DNA of 64,000 bases, taken from contig CM035355.1 in NCBI GenBank assembly GCA_020137815.1, forward strand, positions 3,534,001 through 3,598,000, read 5' to 3'. A program made the position numbers and the translations under genes. Below the pieces are notes generated by a model, which saw only the letters and a list, made by a program, of their open reading frames with translations, did no database searches and had not been told where the DNA came from. The stretch is from Hormiphora californensis. Taxonomy: Eukaryota > Animalia > Ctenophora. The number at the start of each line of letters is the position of its first letter. Within the stretch, counting starts at the first letter, position 1. This document shows positions 61,245-64,000 of the stretch, piece after piece.

Positions 61245-64000
61245 ATGTGGAAGTACGCTGCAGCAGCATGTGTAACGGCCGCCAGTGCCTCTGGATTCCT
61301 CGCCAACAGCTTCTACGGAACTGCCGAGCAGGTACTACTTGACTCGAGTGAAGTGATATCTATAATTGCTATTTGCTGTCTGGGGCTGCCGACCCCACCT
61401 AAGCGCTTTGTCGCCCGCTCAGATGGGGTTTTGAGAATCAAATCGGGGTCTGGTATCACCAGACAGTATATGATATATGTGACCGTTATCCTTAGCTATG
61501 TAAATCTCGGCATATCAATAGAAGAAATTATCTCGTGTAAATCATTTCATTCATTTCATTTCATTTCATTTAAACACCGCTCGGTGGCGGGGTGCCGCTT
61601 TATTACTGGGCGAAAATATCAAAATCATTATATAATATGTAACATTAATTTGTGAACACGACAGCTAACTGGGTGTGTCTCACCAAATTGACACCAAAAT
61701 TTCAAACTCGGAGAATTTCAAAAAAAATTATATCATCTGAAAGCGGGTAAAGGACTGATCATTTCGGTATGTCGCGTCAGTTTAATTGATTATTAATTAA
61801 TTAATTATTAATTAATTAGCGACCGTAACATTGGTAACGACCGTAACGTTTCGGTCGTTACAGTGTATTCTATTTAAAATTGCACATAAAATGGTCGTAA
61901 CGACCGTAACGTAACGGTCGTTACATATGTAACGACTGTAACGTAACGGTCGTTACATTTGTAACGACCGTAACGTTACGGTCGTTACATTTGAAACGAC
62001 CGTAACGTTTTACCACCGTAATGTTACGGTCGTTGCCTAAAATGACCGTATTTTGTAACGACCGTAACGTTACGGTCGTTACATTTGTAACGACCGTAAC
62101 GTTTCGGTCGTTACATTTGTAACGACCGTTACGTTACGGTTGCTGTTACGGTCGTTACAAATGTTACATCTCCAGAGTGTTCAGGCAGCCACGGCCATAC
62201 TTTTTGGACTAAGGCTTTAGAATTCAGACAGGAGAAAGTACTCAGTCACAGCTTCCGCTGAGTACCAGTTTCAACTTCGTACGATAACTACAACCGATTC
62301 TATGATCGTTCAAAAATGCGTTACGGTCGTTACGGTCGTTACGTCAACGCCAAAAAAAGGCTTTTTTTGGCATATTATGCATCATAATTCAGCTCAGTGA
62401 TGCATGATTATCATAATATTTAGTAATTCAGTAGTTCAGACATTTTCTGACAGTTTGGTACCAAAATTAACAAAATTGGCCAATGTTTAGGTGGTCTACG
62501 GACCTGTACAAAATTTCCAAACTCGAGGTGTCAATTTGGTGAGACACACCCAACTAGGGGGTGACATGAGATCACGTGGCATGATTTTGGCAGTGTTCTG
62601 AAGGTTGAAGGATAAGATAGCGGGACGCGATATATTGATAGCTAGGAAGATAGGGAGAAGGGGTGAGAGAGAGAGAGAGAGTGGGGGAGAGAGAGTGGGG
62701 GAGAGAGAGGGAGAGAAGGGGAGAAAGAGAGAACGAGCGACGATGCGAGATGGCCAGTGGCAGTTAGGTCATTTAATTTGTTGTAGTATATAGTTTGTTT
62801 CTTCCCATGAATTCGGGTTAGTTTCGTTTTTTTGGGATTGTAGTTTTAGCAAAATTTTGGTGATCCCTTTTTTAAAGGGGTCATAGAATCTATCGCATAT
62901 GTGCTTCTTTTTATTATTAATTGTTGTTTCAGTGTCTTTGTCGCATAGATCATACATAAGATTGTAAAGTCTGGGTCCAATATGTGCGATTTGATAATTA
63001 GAGCGTGTCAGTCGAAAGTGAGGAGCATTAAATATCGCTTACCACGTACCCATAATCCTATTCTTCAGGCGCCTTTCCCGGAAATCAAATCGGCCCACTC
63101 TCTCGTTGCGAAACACGTTACCAAGGAGCGATGGGACAAGCTGGCTGGAGTTGTCACGGAGACATCCGGTTTTACCCTTGGTCAGGCCATTGCCTGTGCT
63201 GTTGAGTTCGATAACCAGCACTGCGGAATCTACGCTGGTGATTATGACTCCTACAAGGACTTCGCTGACGTTTTTGATCCTATCATCCAGGTTGGTAAAA
63301 CTGATTTCTTACATCATTATATTAGGTTTTTCACTCATTTTATGTTTCACACTTTTCCCTTCTCTCTTGGCCTCTACATCACCGCATACCATCGCTTTGT
63401 CAACACCTACTATTGGTTACACACACACTGTGGAGCTAACACACACAGCGTGTACTGTATATCATATCCCATGATACATTAGCTAACACGTTCTCATTTC
63501 AGGAGTACCATGGAATCAGTGCTGATGCAAAGCACACCTCCGACATGGATGCCAACAAGATCGTAGGTAACATTGACCCAAAAGTTCCTGTGAAATCCGT
63601 GCGGATCCGTGTGGGACGATCCTTCAACGGCTTCGGACTCTCCCCGGGGATCACAAAACAACAACGCCTCGACCTTGAAGCTCTTCTGAAGTCGGCGTTT
63701 GGTAATTTCACGGGTGACCTGGAGGGAAATTACTATCCTCTCCTGGGCATGGATGAGGGTGTGAGGCAGCAGCTGGTGGACGATCATTTCCTGTTTGTAT
63801 CAGGGGATAGGAACCTCATTGCGGCGGGTATGGAACGAGACTGGCCCGAGGGACGAGGTATCTTCCACAACAAGGAGAAGACCTTCCTTGTGTGGGTGAA
63901 CGAGGAGGACCAGACCAGGATCATCTCCATGCAGAAGGGAGGGGACGTTAAGGCAGTGTTTGAGAGGCTTGCTAGGGCAATCAAGGCCGTCGAGGATTCC
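61245..64000 (+). CDS. Arginine kinase (ATP:guanido phosphotransferase), 3' end beyond the window
   Basis: Exons 61245-61331, 63069-63290, 63503->64000. FPEIKSAHSLVAKHVT...CGIYAGDYDSYKDFADVFDPIIQEYHG...SVRIRVGRS...DDHFLF...RDWPEGRGIFHN..TFLVWVNEEDQTRIISMQKGGD. The short specificity loop and EYH suggest arginine specificity. Confidence 0.93.
61671..62551. mobile_element. Sola2-like non-autonomous element in arginine kinase intron 1
   Basis: GGGTGTGTCTCACCAAATTGACACC ... GGTGTCAATTTGGTGAGACACACCC TIRs with a 4-bp TSD AACT; internal array of GTAACGACCGTAAC/GTTACGGTCGTTAC palindromic units. Confidence 0.8.

Noticed and set aside
62982-63068. ORF-track N-terminus MCDLIIRAC... for arginine kinase
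   Set aside because: It is intronic read-through upstream of a strong CTTCAG acceptor at 63068.

Overview
Eukaryotic (animal) genomic DNA with short GT-AG introns, many (GA)n microsatellites and dense non-autonomous transposons. It is most likely a pleurobrachiid ctenophore (Hormiphora/Pleurobrachia-like). That call rests on a 37-nt match, from memory, to the ctenophore trans-spliced leader at 49410-49446. I assembled nine spliced protein-coding genes by hand: PRPSAP (+), an uncharacterised 8-exon 2-TM protein (+), a divergent and probably catalytically dead 2'-5' oligoadenylate synthetase (OAS)-like protein (-), Rab32/38 (+), PA2G4/EBP1 (-), a small acidic type II membrane protein (+), an ARHGAP22/24/25-like PH-RhoGAP (-), a lysosomal acid lipase (-) and an arginine kinase (+, runs off the window). 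Mobile DNA includes a near-intact L2-clade LINE, a truncated second L2, a Helentron-like tandem array, and Kolobok-, hAT-, Sola-, Tc1/mariner- and Mutator-like MITEs plus long foldbacks. Most notable: (1) the full-length LINE begins with the spliced leader fused directly to its 5' UTR and has an A_AAA_AAC slippery site joining ORF1 to an ATG-less ORF2; (2) the hidden OAS-like pseudoenzyme; (3) a 33-bp array that provides 21 in-frame alternative splice donors. All gene models and family calls were made by eye and need RNA-seq and HMM confirmation.
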